In this document: piece by piece, positions 39,818 to 50,066 of the stretch
Layout: each line of letters starts with the position of its first letter
How positions within the stretch are numbered: position 1 is the first letter of the stretch
From: a phage
DNA length: 64,000 bases
Sequence record: PZ402301.1
Direction: 5' to 3' (one strand)
Made by a program: the position numbers and the translations under genes
The notes under the pieces: model-generated
Databases searched by the model: none
Seen by the model: only the letters and a program-made list of their open reading frames with translations
Told to the model about the DNA's origin: nothing

Positions 39818-40504
39818 TTAAAAGTCGTGGGTAGAATCAGCTTCAAGAGCTACTACATAATTCGCGTGTTCACCTTCAAATTTAGCAGCACCTTGTTTAC
39901 CTTTTGCCCAGAGCAGAAGTTTATAATTTCCTGGTTGCATTTTCATATTTGCCATATTGATAATGAAATTAAATGTATTTTCACCATCATAATCACCAAG
40001 AGTCAAAGAATATTTAACACGGGTCAAAGCAGAATCTTCTACTTTATTAAAACCGTTAATTACGATTTTACCTTCTTTTACTGTGATAGCAATTGTATCA
40101 ATCTGCAGACCGCGAGATACACGCAACAGCTGTTGAAGGTCTTCAGCTTTAATTTCAGTAACAACAGATGCTACCGGGAATGGAATTGGTTTATTAGGAG
40201 CAACTACTGTACTCGGATCAGCTGCTGGCCAAAAAATTGTTGAACGGGCATCAGCAATTTTAATATTTCCATCTTCTGACTGGGAAATTTCTGCATCGTC
40301 ATTAACTAGAGACAGAATACCGAGAAAACCGTTCAAATCGTAAATCGCTACATCAAAATCAATAGTGTCAGAAATATTTGCTTCTGCATAAGTTGTACCA
40401 TTAACCGCGCGAGTCATAATAAATTGACCGGATTTAAGCATAATACCAGAGTTAATAGTAGCGAAATTTTTGAGCAGAGCAGTGGTATCTTTAGACAGTT
40501 TCAT
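39818..40504 (-). CDS. 45: sliding clamp gp45
   Basis: 228 aa with the T4 gp45 length and position. Confidence 0.85.
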   Translation of the reverse strand: MKLSKDTTALLKNFATINSGIMLKSGQFIMTRAVNGTTYAEANISDTIDFDVAIYDLNGFLGILSLVNDDAEISQSEDGNIKIADARSTIFWPAADPSTVVAPNKPIPFPVASVVTEIKAEDLQQLLRVSRGLQIDTIAITVKEGKIVINGFNKVEDSALTRVKYSLTLGDYDGENTFNFIINMANMKMQPGNYKLLLWAKGKQGAAKFEGEHANYVVALEADSTHDF

Positions 40505-40531
40505 GTAATTTCCTTCAATTCAAATGAGATT

Positions 40532-40561
40532 TAATTTTATAACTAATTTAATAAAGCAATT
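40532..40561 (-). promoter_or_regulatory. middle promoter (MotA box plus -10) for gene 45
   Basis: Minus strand aaTTGCTTTAtt, 12 nt, then TATAAAAT. Confidence 0.5.
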
Positions 40562-40949
40562 AACGATTAAAATCAGCAGCAATTGTTTCCGCAACAATTT
40601 GAGCAGCGACAATTAGGCGTTCATCTGCATTACCGCAATAATCATCTTCAAGGCGTTCACCGCATGAAGTCATAATAAATTTAGCACCAGCATTTAGAGA
40701 TTCTGCAGTATGTTTGCGCATTAGTTCAATCCATTTATCACTCACTTCACGATCGATAGCTTCATAATACGCATGACGAGCAGGTGCAGATTTAATTTTG
40801 TTCTGAATAACTTCCATTGCGTTATCAGAAAGAGACAAAACCCATGCTCGACGAATTTTATTTTGGTTTTGTGGATTTGATTCAGAACGCACGTGTTTTG
40901 GCTGAATATCTTTTACATCAACAGTATAATTCACAGTAATTTTAGTCAT
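40560..40949 (-). CDS. rpbA: RNA polymerase-binding protein RpbA-like
   Basis: 129 aa between gp46 and gp45; assigned by synteny and length. Confidence 0.5.
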   Translation of the reverse strand: MTKITVNYTVDVKDIQPKHVRSESNPQNQNKIRRAWVLSLSDNAMEVIQNKIKSAPARHAYYEAIDREVSDKWIELMRKHTAESLNAGAKFIMTSCGERLEDDYCGNADERLIVAAQIVAETIAADFNR

Positions 40950-40958
40950 AATACACCT

Positions 40959-41147
40959 TTAGTCATAATAATCAGTAACAGTCCAAGCTTCATTTCTGTT
41001 GGACATTATTTTCGTATATTCTGATTTAAATGCATTCTTAAGCATAGATTCAGTAACTATATGCTCTTCATTAGAAAAATTATTTCTCAGAATATATCGT
41101 TTTATTTCAGGAATAGTTAATAGATGCTGTCCAGTTGAATATTCCAT
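40959..41147 (-). CDS. hypothetical protein (62 aa)
   Basis: Minus-strand ORF between gp46 and rpbA. Confidence 0.4.
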   Translation of the reverse strand: MEYSTGQHLLTIPEIKRYILRNNFSNEEHIVTESMLKNAFKSEYTKIMSNRNEAWTVTDYYD

Positions 41148-41202
41148 GTTTTTCCTCCATAGAGATTATACTCTAATAAATTAAAGCATAATCTCTTATA
41201 AA

Positions 41203-42885
41203 TTAAACCATTACAGTAAACCGACCAACTTTCTTCATTTGAAGATGCTGACCATATGCTTGTGGGTCATGGTCTCTATGCGAAATAACAAAAACGTTAG
41301 TATTTTTTAAACTATCTAAAATAGTTGAAATAGCTTTTACACCTTCAACATCAGTTGCTGAATCAAAAACTTCATCAAGAATTAGTGTGTTTATTTTAAC
41401 ACCTGAAACTTTTTCAGCAATATCACGCCAAGTAAATAAAAGAGCAATATCAATTCGTGCTTTTTCACCTTGACTAAATGAAGCATAACTAAAATCTTCA
41501 CGACCACGGGATTTAATTGTCTCATTAAATTCTTCATCTAATGTAAACACATAATCCGCTTCCATTATTTTAAGATAATGGTTAATCTGCTTATTAAATA
41601 ATGGAATGTACTTTTTAATAATAGCACCTTTAATACCAGAATCTTTGAGCATATCAGTCAAAATTCCTCTGTGGTATTTTTCCATTACTAAATTAGTTTT
41701 TGTCTTAACAATTTTATCAAGTTCTTCTTGAAGCAGTGCTATTTCATCAGCATGGTCAATAAACTCAGATGATGCTTTTTCTATAGCTGCTTTAACTTTT
41801 TTAGCTTTATCTACCGTCGTGATTAGAGATTGCTTTTTATTGCGAATATCATTTGCCAACGTCTGCTGGGTTTTAATATTATCTCGGTATTCATCAACAA
41901 GAACTTTTAAATTATCACGATGTGTTGAAAGCTGTTCAAACGAATGCGTGCATTCAGAAACTTTATCTTTAATTTTAGAAACAACTTTATCACCGGAACT
42001 TAATTGTGACAAACAGGTTGGACATAATCCACCTTCGTGATACATATTAATGACTTTATTATACGAGTCAATTTTTGATTTAATCAAAACTGCTTCTTGA
42101 CCGATTTTATTAAATGCATCAGTCGGGTCTTCATCCAAAACAATATTAACTAATCTTTCATTAGCTTCTTCTATTTCCGATTTTAACGTTCTAGCTTCTT
42201 TTGCCAAATCATCATACATATTCTGTAGACGAGTAAGGTTATCACCAGTTAATTTTTTCTGGCGTTCAACGTTATCATTATATATTTTAATTTGCTGGAT
42301 AATACTATCTTTTTTAACATCAAGCACTTGGTTTTGTGAATTTAATTCACGTATTAGTGCTTTATTAAGCTTATCCATTTCAGCTAATGTTCCTACCTCA
42401 AGCAGGTCTTCCACAAGCTTTCTTCGCGCAGGGGTCGACAAACCCATGAAAGGGGTATACCCTGCTGTACCAAGGACAACAATTTGCTTGAAACTGGCAT
42501 ATGACATTCCGATAAGCTGTTCAAATTCTGCTTGGAAATCTTTACTGCTGGCAGATTCATTAAGACGTGTACCGTTAACGGTGATTTCGAAAACGTTTGG
42601 TTTTTGTCCTCTTTTGATATAGTACTTTTTCTCATCATATTCCATCCACAGTTCAACTAAAAGTTCTTTCTTATTTGTGCTGTTTATTAATTGACCTTTC
42701 TTTACATCACGAAATGGCTTGCCAAAAAGCCCAAATGTGATGGCTTCTAACATAGTAGACTTACCACCGCCATTTCGTCCAGTAATAAGAGTTTTTTGAA
42801 CCTTATCTAATTGAATGTCAATAGGATTTCCACCTACTGACATTATATTTTGATACCTAACTCGGTTTAGTTTAAAATTCTTCAC
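41203..42885 (-). CDS. 46: recombination nuclease ATPase subunit gp46 (SbcC/Rad50-like)
   Basis: 560 aa with Walker A (GRNGGGKST), coiled-coil middle with CPTC zinc hook, and C-terminal signature and D-loop. Confidence 0.9.
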   Translation of the reverse strand: MKNFKLNRVRYQNIMSVGGNPIDIQLDKVQKTLITGRNGGGKSTMLEAITFGLFGKPFRDVKKGQLINSTNKKELLVELWMEYDEKKYYIKRGQKPNVFEITVNGTRLNESASSKDFQAEFEQLIGMSYASFKQIVVLGTAGYTPFMGLSTPARRKLVEDLLEVGTLAEMDKLNKALIRELNSQNQVLDVKKDSIIQQIKIYNDNVERQKKLTGDNLTRLQNMYDDLAKEARTLKSEIEEANERLVNIVLDEDPTDAFNKIGQEAVLIKSKIDSYNKVINMYHEGGLCPTCLSQLSSGDKVVSKIKDKVSECTHSFEQLSTHRDNLKVLVDEYRDNIKTQQTLANDIRNKKQSLITTVDKAKKVKAAIEKASSEFIDHADEIALLQEELDKIVKTKTNLVMEKYHRGILTDMLKDSGIKGAIIKKYIPLFNKQINHYLKIMEADYVFTLDEEFNETIKSRGREDFSYASFSQGEKARIDIALLFTWRDIAEKVSGVKINTLILDEVFDSATDVEGVKAISTILDSLKNTNVFVISHRDHDPQAYGQHLQMKKVGRFTVMV

Positions 42886-43145
42886 AAAAGATTCCTTTTA
42901 ATGTATCTTTTAGACCATTCTATCATATCATCATAATCTAAAAAGTATTCATCAAATTCAGCCATGCAAACAACACCTTGTGCTGCTTTTGATGTGATAT
43001 AAATTATTCCAACATATCTAGAATCTTCTTCGGTGTATTCAATATTTGCTATGAATTCATCGTTAATGTCAAATGTCGAAAACTTCACAGTATGCATCCT
43101 TAATACAAGATACAGCCATATCTTGTAATGATTTAGGTGTGTCAT
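42882..43145 (-). CDS. hypothetical protein (87 aa)
   Basis: Minus-strand ORF overlapping the gp46 start. Confidence 0.4.
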   Translation of the reverse strand: MTHLNHYKIWLYLVLRMHTVKFSTFDINDEFIANIEYTEEDSRYVGIIYITSKAAQGVVCMAEFDEYFLDYDDMIEWSKRYIKRNLL

Positions 43146-43332
43146 TATCTAAAATGTTGAAGTTAAAAGATACAGCCCAGTCAGTGCAGACCGTGACCTT
43201 TTTAATACAATTATCTTCAATCTCTAGCGGTTCAAACCAATATTCAATAATTTCTTTATGCCCAATATCATCTTTTACTTCGCATTCAAAATGCTGACTC
43301 ATCATAACATTTTTAAATTCATCAAAAGTCAT
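43069..43332 (-). CDS. hypothetical protein (87 aa)
   Basis: Minus-strand ORF; overlaps the previous ORF by about 75 nt, so one start may be wrong. Confidence 0.4.
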   Translation of the reverse strand: MTFDEFKNVMMSQHFECEVKDDIGHKEIIEYWFEPLEIEDNCIKKVTVCTDWAVSFNFNILDNDTPKSLQDMAVSCIKDAYCEVFDI

Positions 43333-44348
43333 TGTGTTGCCTCTACATATAACTGATTTGCATATTGAATAAGTGCTTCGCGGTCAGAATCAGTGATGTC
43401 TGGAATTGCATTAATGTATTCTTCCATCAACGTCTGAAGAGATTGAACTTCAACTTCTTCACTATCATCTGACTCGACAGAGTTATCAATCTTTGACACA
43501 ACTCGTAATGAATGCACAACTTTTTCTAGTTCAGATTCGAACTTCGTTAGATTTTTGTCTACCTCAGTTACTATAACACGTACTGATAGATTTGTAAAAT
43601 CTTTATAGTCAATTTTTCCCTTAAATGGATATTGAATTCGACGATGCCAGGTGGTGTTGTTTGGAATAAATTCCATTCGTTCTGTTTCTGTATCAAACAT
43701 CCAGAACCCGCGAGGGTCATTCTCGTCACCTGCAGTTAGTGTCCATGGTGTCCCAATATATCTGACGTTAGCAGCCTCAGAGATAGTATGGAAGTGACCA
43801 GACCACACCTCTTTATAAGTCTTAAGGAAATCAGGTTCAAGACCGTGAGATTTCATTCCTTTATAAAAATAAAATCCATTCAGTTCCCAGTGACCAACGC
43901 AAAAAGAAGCAGATGAAGTTTTGATGTGTTCAAGAATTTCACCAGTATTTTCTTCGCACATCCAAGGAATTAAATCAATCAAACATCCGTCAAAATCTAC
44001 TGTAGTAGGCTTATCATATACTTTAACATTAGGATATTTAGCCAAAAGCTCAGTAGAAGCATTTGGAGTTAAAGTATTTTTAAAGTGCATATCATGGTTT
44101 CCTACAACAGTATGTAGGGTAATACCAGCATCATCAAGCATTTGAACTATTTCACGAGCGAACTCCATAGTTTTATGCGTGATTGCTTTTCGCACATCAA
44201 AAATATCGCCGTATTGAATCCATGTAGTAATTCCATTTTTCTTAGAATATTCTATTGCTTGTTTAATTCCATCCAACTGAATGGATTGAACCCACTCATC
44301 ATCGGCTTTAACACCTAAATGCCAATCACCTAAATTTAAAATTTTCAT
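43329..44348 (-). CDS. 47: recombination nuclease subunit gp47 (SbcD/Mre11-like)
   Basis: 339 aa with phosphoesterase motifs (LNLGDWHLG, GNHD). Confidence 0.9.
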   Translation of the reverse strand: MKILNLGDWHLGVKADDEWVQSIQLDGIKQAIEYSKKNGITTWIQYGDIFDVRKAITHKTMEFAREIVQMLDDAGITLHTVVGNHDMHFKNTLTPNASTELLAKYPNVKVYDKPTTVDFDGCLIDLIPWMCEENTGEILEHIKTSSASFCVGHWELNGFYFYKGMKSHGLEPDFLKTYKEVWSGHFHTISEAANVRYIGTPWTLTAGDENDPRGFWMFDTETERMEFIPNNTTWHRRIQYPFKGKIDYKDFTNLSVRVIVTEVDKNLTKFESELEKVVHSLRVVSKIDNSVESDDSEEVEVQSLQTLMEEYINAIPDITDSDREALIQYANQLYVEATQ

Positions 44349-44485
44349 ATATCAAGAACCGTCATTGAAATGCAAAATAAAATTATTGAAATAAATCCAT
44401 CTGGAGTGCTAAAGAACCCAATCCAACATGCTCTAGTGAATAGATAAAATGCGAGAAAAAGTATCACATATCCAAGAAATATCAT
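44345..44485 (-). CDS. small membrane peptide (46 aa)
   Basis: Hand-found ORF MIFLGYVILFLAFYLFTRACWIGFF...; its stop overlaps the gp47 ATG. Confidence 0.4.
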   Translation of the reverse strand: MIFLGYVILFLAFYLFTRACWIGFFSTPDGFISIILFCISMTVLDI

Positions 44486-44508
44486 TATATCAAACTCCGT
44501 ATAAAGCT

Positions 44509-44526
44509 AAAGGGCCGAAGCCCTTT
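44509..44526 (-). terminator. UUCG tetraloop hairpin downstream of alpha-gt
   Basis: aaagggccgaagcccttt followed by a T-run. Confidence 0.5.
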
Positions 44527-45727
44527 ATTTTGTAATAATGTCAAACTGTTCTTTAAAGCAGAAGCTTGAATCTTGATGCTGATACAAAAATTCATAAGCT
44601 TTTTCGCGTTCACGGTCATAAAGAGCTCGGTCAGATGACAGTTCTTTAATACGCTCAAATGTTGATTCCATGTCATTTTCATCAAACCAAACGATACCGC
44701 TATCATGAGAAATTAACGGAGTATTATCAACACGGAATTTTAAATTTTCGCCAGTAGATTTCCAAAATACTGGAATTGTTCCACATGCACCAAGCTCGAG
44801 ATGAGTGTATTCTAAAGAACGTTGCAGATATTTTTTGTCCAACTTGCTCAGCTGATAACCAAATCCGGATTTACTCATGCGTTCAAGCATTTCGCTATTT
44901 ACATAACGGTCAAGAATTTGCGTCGGCAAATTAGGAGCAATTTTAATTTGGTCTACTTGATGAAGACGATAATACTCGTATGGAATTCCTTTTTCTTTAA
45001 TAGGAATGAACGCTGGAGAACGTTCCAGACCTTCCATAATAGTACTTAGTCCTGCAGGTTTAAGATGTTTTTCGTGAAAATCAAACATCTGATAAAAGCC
45101 TTTCCATGTAGTAGTACGACCAATCCAACGGTTGATATTCATGTTAATTTCAGAAACATCTTTCCAGTAGGTTGATCGAACTTTCGCAATATCCATAGGA
45201 GGCTGGAAGTTATATACGGTCGGTGCTTCTTCAATATCATCAAACAAAGAAACTGTTTCTGGATACCATTCTTTCATTAAAACTTTATTAAAATCACCAT
45301 TATCAGAATGGCTAAAAATAACATCAGCTCGACGAACAGTTTCTTCTAATCCCAAATTTCGGCGTAAAGAAAGAGAAGAATGGTCATGCTGATAAACTAC
45401 AACACGAACCGAAGGTTTAATGTTATCAATAATTTTTTTATAGTTATTAATCGTGTCTTCTTCGACTGAAGTAGCAGGAACTGAATTGATAATTAGAATA
45501 TCACAATCATTTACCAGCTTAAGGGTTTTATCGTATTCTTTTGCCAATAAAACCGGAATTGAAAATGACTTATAATCATGTGCGCAATTACGAGTAAAAG
45601 ATTTATCTTTAGCATAAACCAAAGTTACTTCATGACCATTTTTAATAAACCAATCACGCTGCTCAAGAGAAAATTTAGTTACACCACAACCTTCAAGACC
45701 TCGAGCCATAAAAATGCATACTTTCAT
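44525..45727 (-). CDS. a-gt: DNA alpha-glucosyltransferase
   Basis: 400 aa at the T4 alpha-gt position with a GT-B-like layout. Confidence 0.7.
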   Translation of the reverse strand: MKVCIFMARGLEGCGVTKFSLEQRDWFIKNGHEVTLVYAKDKSFTRNCAHDYKSFSIPVLLAKEYDKTLKLVNDCDILIINSVPATSVEEDTINNYKKIIDNIKPSVRVVVYQHDHSSLSLRRNLGLEETVRRADVIFSHSDNGDFNKVLMKEWYPETVSLFDDIEEAPTVYNFQPPMDIAKVRSTYWKDVSEINMNINRWIGRTTTWKGFYQMFDFHEKHLKPAGLSTIMEGLERSPAFIPIKEKGIPYEYYRLHQVDQIKIAPNLPTQILDRYVNSEMLERMSKSGFGYQLSKLDKKYLQRSLEYTHLELGACGTIPVFWKSTGENLKFRVDNTPLISHDSGIVWFDENDMESTFERIKELSSDRALYDREREKAYEFLYQHQDSSFCFKEQFDIITK

Positions 45728-45972
45728 TTAATATCCTCATTGTTTTGGTTTATTTTACCAAAAAAATTTATAAAGCAATATAGGAGCCGAGGCTCCTATC
45801 CACATAATACGCCATACAGAGGCTCATTAGAGCTTCTAAATTTTATACGCTTATATGTTATAGTTCCTTCTGCTTTAGCTTTATCGTGAGCCTCTTTAAA
45901 GCGTCTCATCATTTCTACTTTAGAGGAACGAATTTTATTATAATCTATTTCAGAAGTCTGGGTGTTCATCTT

Positions 45973-46179
45973 TCACAGTTGCCACCATTTTTTGACTTGA
46001 TAGGAATCAACCCACACTTTCATATTAGGGTCTGCTCTTACAATAGGAGGATTAACTTCTTTGATTGAACTATCATGGTATTCTTTTTCAGAAATTTTCA
46101 CGCAAAGATGACCATTCAAAGATTCAGTAAATCCTGCATTAATTTTAAGACGCTTGAATTTTACGTGTGTAAGCATCAA
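45973..46179 (-). CDS. hypothetical protein (68 aa)
   Basis: Minus-strand ORF between gp55 and alpha-gt. Confidence 0.4.
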   Translation of the reverse strand: MMLTHVKFKRLKINAGFTESLNGHLCVKISEKEYHDSSIKEVNPPIVRADPNMKVWVDSYQVKKWWQL

Positions 46180-46462
46180 TCATATCCTCAATCTGCGATC
46201 TAGTAGTCTTCCAAAGAATACTAATGAGTTCATCGTTATATGGCTGTTTTAGAATATCCCGACTTTTCTTGATAGCATATTCGTATTGAGCAAAATTATT
46301 GTTTTCAGCTGCAATCTGAGCGTGTTTATAAAGACGGTTCAGTTCGCGTTTATTTTTAGACAATAACTTATTTGCTTTTCTTTCTGCTTCAAGACGGTTC
46401 TTTTCTTCAATAGAAGAAATAAGCTTTTCCACTTCATCATTAATTTCGGGTTTATCAGTCAT
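46145..46462 (-). CDS. hypothetical protein (105 aa)
   Basis: Minus-strand ORF. Confidence 0.45.
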   Translation of the reverse strand: MTDKPEINDEVEKLISSIEEKNRLEAERKANKLLSKNKRELNRLYKHAQIAAENNNFAQYEYAIKKSRDILKQPYNDELISILWKTTRSQIEDMIDAYTRKIQAS

Positions 46463-46463
46463 A

Positions 46464-46682
46464 TTATTTCTCTAATATAAAATAAAAATCATCATCTGTT
46501 AAATGATACCGATAGTTTAATTCTACACCATTAGATTTAAAAGCGGTATCATACGGATTTTCTGGATCAATATCAATGTCAAGAGCTAAAACTTCCCTGA
46601 GATACATTTTAAGTAAATAGGGAATAGCTTCAACTTCAGGTATTTCTTCCAAGAATCCGGAGAGGTTAATCGTTAGCCTCAT
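46464..46682 (-). CDS. hypothetical protein (72 aa)
   Basis: Minus-strand ORF directly downstream of gp55. Confidence 0.45.
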
Positions 46683-47223
46683 ATAAAAAATCCAAACTAG
46701 GAGAATCGTCTACAACACTTTTCTTTTCAGCCCCTGGTGTTCTATAGGTTGATTCTTCGTAATGCGTCATTTTATCGTAGATGTCTTGAATAAAAGTTTC
46801 ATCTACTAACGCAACCATATCGTCGTCACGACTGTCATAGACATTGTGAACGAAGTAACTATATTTCTTTGCAACTTCCTTACGTTCTTTTTTAATACGT
46901 TGGACGAATGCATTAAAACAAGCTTGAGTTATATATGCATGTGGGTTTTTATATTTCGTTTCATCAAAATTATGAAGCCCCTTAATAGAAGCTTCTATGC
47001 CATCTGCAATCATTTCTTGTTTCCAAGACTGGGTATATCCTGAAAAGTTGAAACGTTTAGATAAGCCTTCTGCAATAAGCATAATGGCTAATCCGATAGT
47101 ATCATTCTGACGAACTACTTTATTTGGGTCTTTATTATTTGCTAATTCTGTTTTCCAATCAATAATAGCTTGTAAAAGCTCTTTATTGTTTACGTAATTA
47201 TATTTAGGCTTAGTTTCTGACAT
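46666..47223 (-). CDS. 55: late-transcription sigma factor gp55
   Basis: [24 protein letters not shown]...; start taken at the second Met, giving 185 aa. Confidence 0.85.
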
Positions 47224-47301
47224 TTTCACCTCTTAGCTCAATTCATAGATCTATTATATCATAATATTTGAAGATCTATCTTAAAGCATAGAGGATATCA
47301 G

Positions 47302-47571
47302 TTATCTAAGTAAACAGTATGCTTGGAACACTTTCTCCATCATCTTTTTAAATTCATGAATATCTATGTAATGACTAGTTAAATCAGCATGATATAAAAA
47401 GTCTAAAAACTTTTCATGTGTGCTAACATATTCGCTTTCATTTAATTCAGAAACATGGCTTTCCCAATATCCAACACCAGTCTTATTTGGGAAAAATGAA
47501 ATTTTCATATATTGGTCAACATAGAAAATTCCATAATTTTCAATAGTAATAGAAATATTAATAAATTTCAT
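47302..47571 (-). CDS. hypothetical protein (89 aa)
   Basis: Minus-strand ORF in the 55.x block. Confidence 0.4.
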   Translation of the reverse strand: MKFINISITIENYGIFYVDQYMKISFFPNKTGVGYWESHVSELNESEYVSTHEKFLDFLYHADLTSHYIDIHEFKKMMEKVFQAYCLLR

Positions 47572-47783
47572 GCATTCATCAACTTAGCCGCTTCAAGAGC
47601 TGCATCTAGTGAATCAAATTGGTCAACGTATTCAATCAATTCGCCATAATTAGCATATAACCACCATTGGCTAAATTCATACTCAAGGATGAATCCATTT
47701 CCTTCAATTTGAGTTAAACCACTGCCGTTTGTATTTACTTCATATCCGGCAAGACGCAAATCGTTAATAAGAGCTTCGTTCAT
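47568..47783 (-). CDS. hypothetical protein (71 aa)
   Basis: Minus-strand ORF with stop/start overlap. Confidence 0.45.
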   Translation of the reverse strand: MNEALINDLRLAGYEVNTNGSGLTQIEGNGFILEYEFSQWWLYANYGELIEYVDQFDSLDAALEAAKLMNA

Positions 47784-47785
47784 AA

Positions 47786-48112
47786 TTATGCCTTAGTAAT
47801 TTTCAGGTCAGCAAATTTTTTCTTGCGTTGATTTTTCATACGACGAATAGTTTTATCAGAAATTTCATGCTTTTGATAAGCTTTAGATTCTACGCCAAAA
47901 GCTTTAACATCAAATTCAGACAAGATATATTGAACCAACAATTCGCGGATAGTATTTCGTCCAATTTTCTGATCATTCTGTTTCATCATCTGATGAAGCT
48001 CTTTTTCCCATTTATCCAAAATTTGAGGAGTTACAATATCGCCTTTTTCTAGCAAAGAAACTACTTTATCATATGCGTAAGAATTGATGGCGTTTTTAAT
48101 TTGAATAGTCAT
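47786..48112 (-). CDS. hypothetical protein (108 aa)
   Basis: Minus-strand ORF. Confidence 0.45.
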   Translation of the reverse strand: MTIQIKNAINSYAYDKVVSLLEKGDIVTPQILDKWEKELHQMMKQNDQKIGRNTIRELLVQYILSEFDVKAFGVESKAYQKHEISDKTIRRMKNQRKKKFADLKITKA

Positions 48113-48150
48113 ACATTATCCTCAATTACGTTAAAATTTTATTATCCAAA

Positions 48151-48166
48151 AAGGGCCGAAGCCCTT
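48151..48166 (-). terminator. UUCG tetraloop hairpin
   Basis: gggccgaagccc followed by a T-run. Confidence 0.45.
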
Positions 48167-48365
48167 AGCTAAACTGTTTGGCACCCTTCCAGCCTTCGTA
48201 CATCATTGCAGCTGATATTAATATTGCTCCTGCGCATTTTGAATATTTGTGATTCCAAAACCAGTTCAGAAAAACTTCGTCATCAATACCTTGGGCTATC
48301 ATATTTTCAAAGAACTGGCGACGAGCTTCAGCAATTCGTTGCGATAATTTAGATTCAGGATTCAT
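48165..48365 (-). CDS. hypothetical protein (66 aa)
   Basis: Minus-strand ORF. Confidence 0.4.
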   Translation of the reverse strand: MNPESKLSQRIAEARRQFFENMIAQGIDDEVFLNWFWNHKYSKCAGAILISAAMMYEGWKGAKQFS

Positions 48366-48581
48366 TTAAATTTTCCAGTTACCGTTTTCATCAATAAATT
48401 TAATCCAGTCATTTACTGACCACTTGGTCGTATCGCCTTTTGGAGCAATATTTAAAGTGTATAATCCTTGTTTAAAAAGCATGCGTTTGGTATTCATATT
48501 TTCCTCAGCTGTAACGATAGCACTCGTTTGATTTACGTTTAGCAACTCGTTGAGAAGTATTATAATCAAAATCATCGTCAA
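48366..48581 (-). CDS. hypothetical protein (up to 71 aa)
   Basis: Minus-strand ORF; the true start may be an internal Met. Confidence 0.35.
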   Translation of the reverse strand: MTMILIIILLNELLNVNQTSAIVTAEENMNTKRMLFKQGLYTLNIAPKGDTTKWSVNDWIKFIDENGNWKI

Positions 48582-48843
48582 TGTAAACTGATTTTTTCAA
48601 CTTTCTTACTTCACTACGTAATTGACGATTTAGCTCATCTTTAACTTCTGAATCAATGCCTTTCATTCTACGCCATTTATCAGAGCGAAAAATGTTTTCA
48701 ACCATATCTTTATGACTTACACCATCAGGAGCTTTACGCTTTCCGAAATAGTCATAATCACGTACTTTTAAATCTTTACGACGATACGTTTTACCCATGG
48801 AGTTTAATTTCCTTAGCAACTGAACTAAATACAGCACGATCAC
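48505..48843 (-). CDS. hypothetical basic protein
   Basis: Minus-strand ORF; likely real start is the internal Met (MGKTYRRKDLK...) near 48798. Confidence 0.4.
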   Translation of the reverse strand: MIVLYLVQLLRKLNSMGKTYRRKDLKVRDYDYFGKRKAPDGVSHKDMVENIFRSDKWRRMKGIDSEVKDELNRQLRSEVRKLKKSVYIDDDFDYNTSQRVAKRKSNECYRYS

Positions 48844-48973
48844 AAATCATCTGTTTATGTAACTTGAGTATAAGATAATAAACTTCAAAGCCGTTTACAT
48901 AAGTAACACGAACAACACTACCATTAATAAAATAATATTGTCCCTTTTTAATTTCTTTATCAACCACAACCAT
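48791..48973 (-). CDS. hypothetical protein (60 aa)
   Basis: Minus-strand ORF downstream of an early promoter near 49000. Confidence 0.4.
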   Translation of the reverse strand: MVVVDKEIKKGQYYFINGSVVRVTYVNGFEVYYLILKLHKQMICDRAVFSSVAKEIKLHG

Positions 48974-49110
48974 ATCAAATCCTCAAAGGCAATTCATGTG
49001 TTAATAATACCACAGTTTGAACTGGTTGTAAACAACTTTGTGAAAATTATTTGGAACGATAAGAAGTGAATGATAGTTAGAATGGTAATATACAGAATGC
49101 GAGAAAGAAA

Positions 49111-49123
49111 GGCCCAGAGGGCC
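49111..49123 (-). terminator. GC hairpin downstream of nrdH
   Basis: ggccc-aga-gggcc followed by a T-run. Confidence 0.4.
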
Positions 49124-49127
49124 CGTC

Positions 49128-49451
49128 TTAGTCTTCTATGATATCTCTATCATATCCAAGTGAAATGAGAGTTTCTTTGAAGTGTTTAATGTTCTTTTGT
49201 CTAGAATCATTGATGAAAATGACTGGATAACGAATGTTAAGAGATGTGAATCCAGCGCGTTTAGCAAGAGATACAATCAGTGGACGATCATACTCAATCT
49301 TACCATTATTTGTAAGAACTTTATAGAAAGTAAAAGGAGCATTGAGCTCCTTTAGAAGTTTTGTAACTGATTGACATCCAGGACAACGACCTACTTCTTC
49401 GGGGATGCCATAGATTTCAATCTTATTCTTTAAGTTCGAGTTTTGTTCCAC
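49128..49451 (-). CDS. nrdH: glutaredoxin-like NrdH
   Basis: CxxC redox motif (GRCPGCQSV); the track ORF (49128..49580) would overlap the upstream gene by about 160 nt, so a GTG start near 49451 is more likely. Confidence 0.5.
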   Translation of the reverse strand: MEQNSNLKNKIEIYGIPEEVGRCPGCQSVTKLLKELNAPFTFYKVLTNNGKIEYDRPLIVSLAKRAGFTSLNIRYPVIFINDSRQKNIKHFKETLISLGYDRDIIED

Positions 49452-49734
49452 GAGAAATAATTCCTTGATAAGCCCAGTATGGCGGGTTAACAGAATCATC
49501 GCCAGAATTTTCTTCAGGAAAATAAACCTGGATAACAAATCCAGATGCATCAAAGGTAAAATAAACCGTAGGTAATTCACCTAACAATTCAGCACGGTTA
49601 TTAATTTCTTCGAGTTCTCGTTCTCGTCCAGCCCAAAAACTAGGATTTAGACTACATTCATAAAAATAATAGTCATTACCGAACATATCAAAACCCTTCC
49701 AACTCTCTACCACGTACCGCTCAAAACTAATCAT
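49423..49734 (-). CDS. hypothetical protein (103 aa)
   Basis: Minus-strand ORF. Confidence 0.4.
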   Translation of the reverse strand: MISFERYVVESWKGFDMFGNDYYFYECSLNPSFWAGRERELEEINNRAELLGELPTVYFTFDASGFVIQVYFPEENSGDDSVNPPYWAYQGIISRGTKLELKE

Positions 49735-49736
49735 AA

Positions 49737-49976
49737 TTAAGCCTTTTTATCAAGAACCGCATTCAGTTTGTTAGTAATTTTATCCAGACGCTCATTGAAT
49801 TCGCTAGAAGATAAGCCTTTTTCTGGAGAAATCAAACTAATCACGAAAAATATAGCAATAAAAGGAATAAGAAAAATAGCTCCAACTGCCATAAACAAAA
49901 AGAATGTTACAGTTGTAAGAAAATCAGCTAAACCTTTACGAAATTTATACATATTTACCCTTAATTGATTAACCAA
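49737..49976 (-). CDS. hypothetical membrane protein (79 aa)
   Basis: Hydrophobic segment TVTFFLFMAVGAIFLIPFIAIFFVISLI. Confidence 0.4.
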   Translation of the reverse strand: MVNQLRVNMYKFRKGLADFLTTVTFFLFMAVGAIFLIPFIAIFFVISLISPEKGLSSSEFNERLDKITNKLNAVLDKKA

Positions 49977-50066
49977 GCATTGATAAGCACTAAACTATAT
50001 TGCGAATAAAATTCTGGACCAAAATGAAAAATCATATCATTTATAGTGTCCATAATATAATTCAAT

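Noticed and set aside
45780-45800. Hairpin ggagcc-ga-ggctcc upstream of alpha-gt as a terminator.
   Set aside because: The loop would be only two nucleotides and the flanking T-run is poor.
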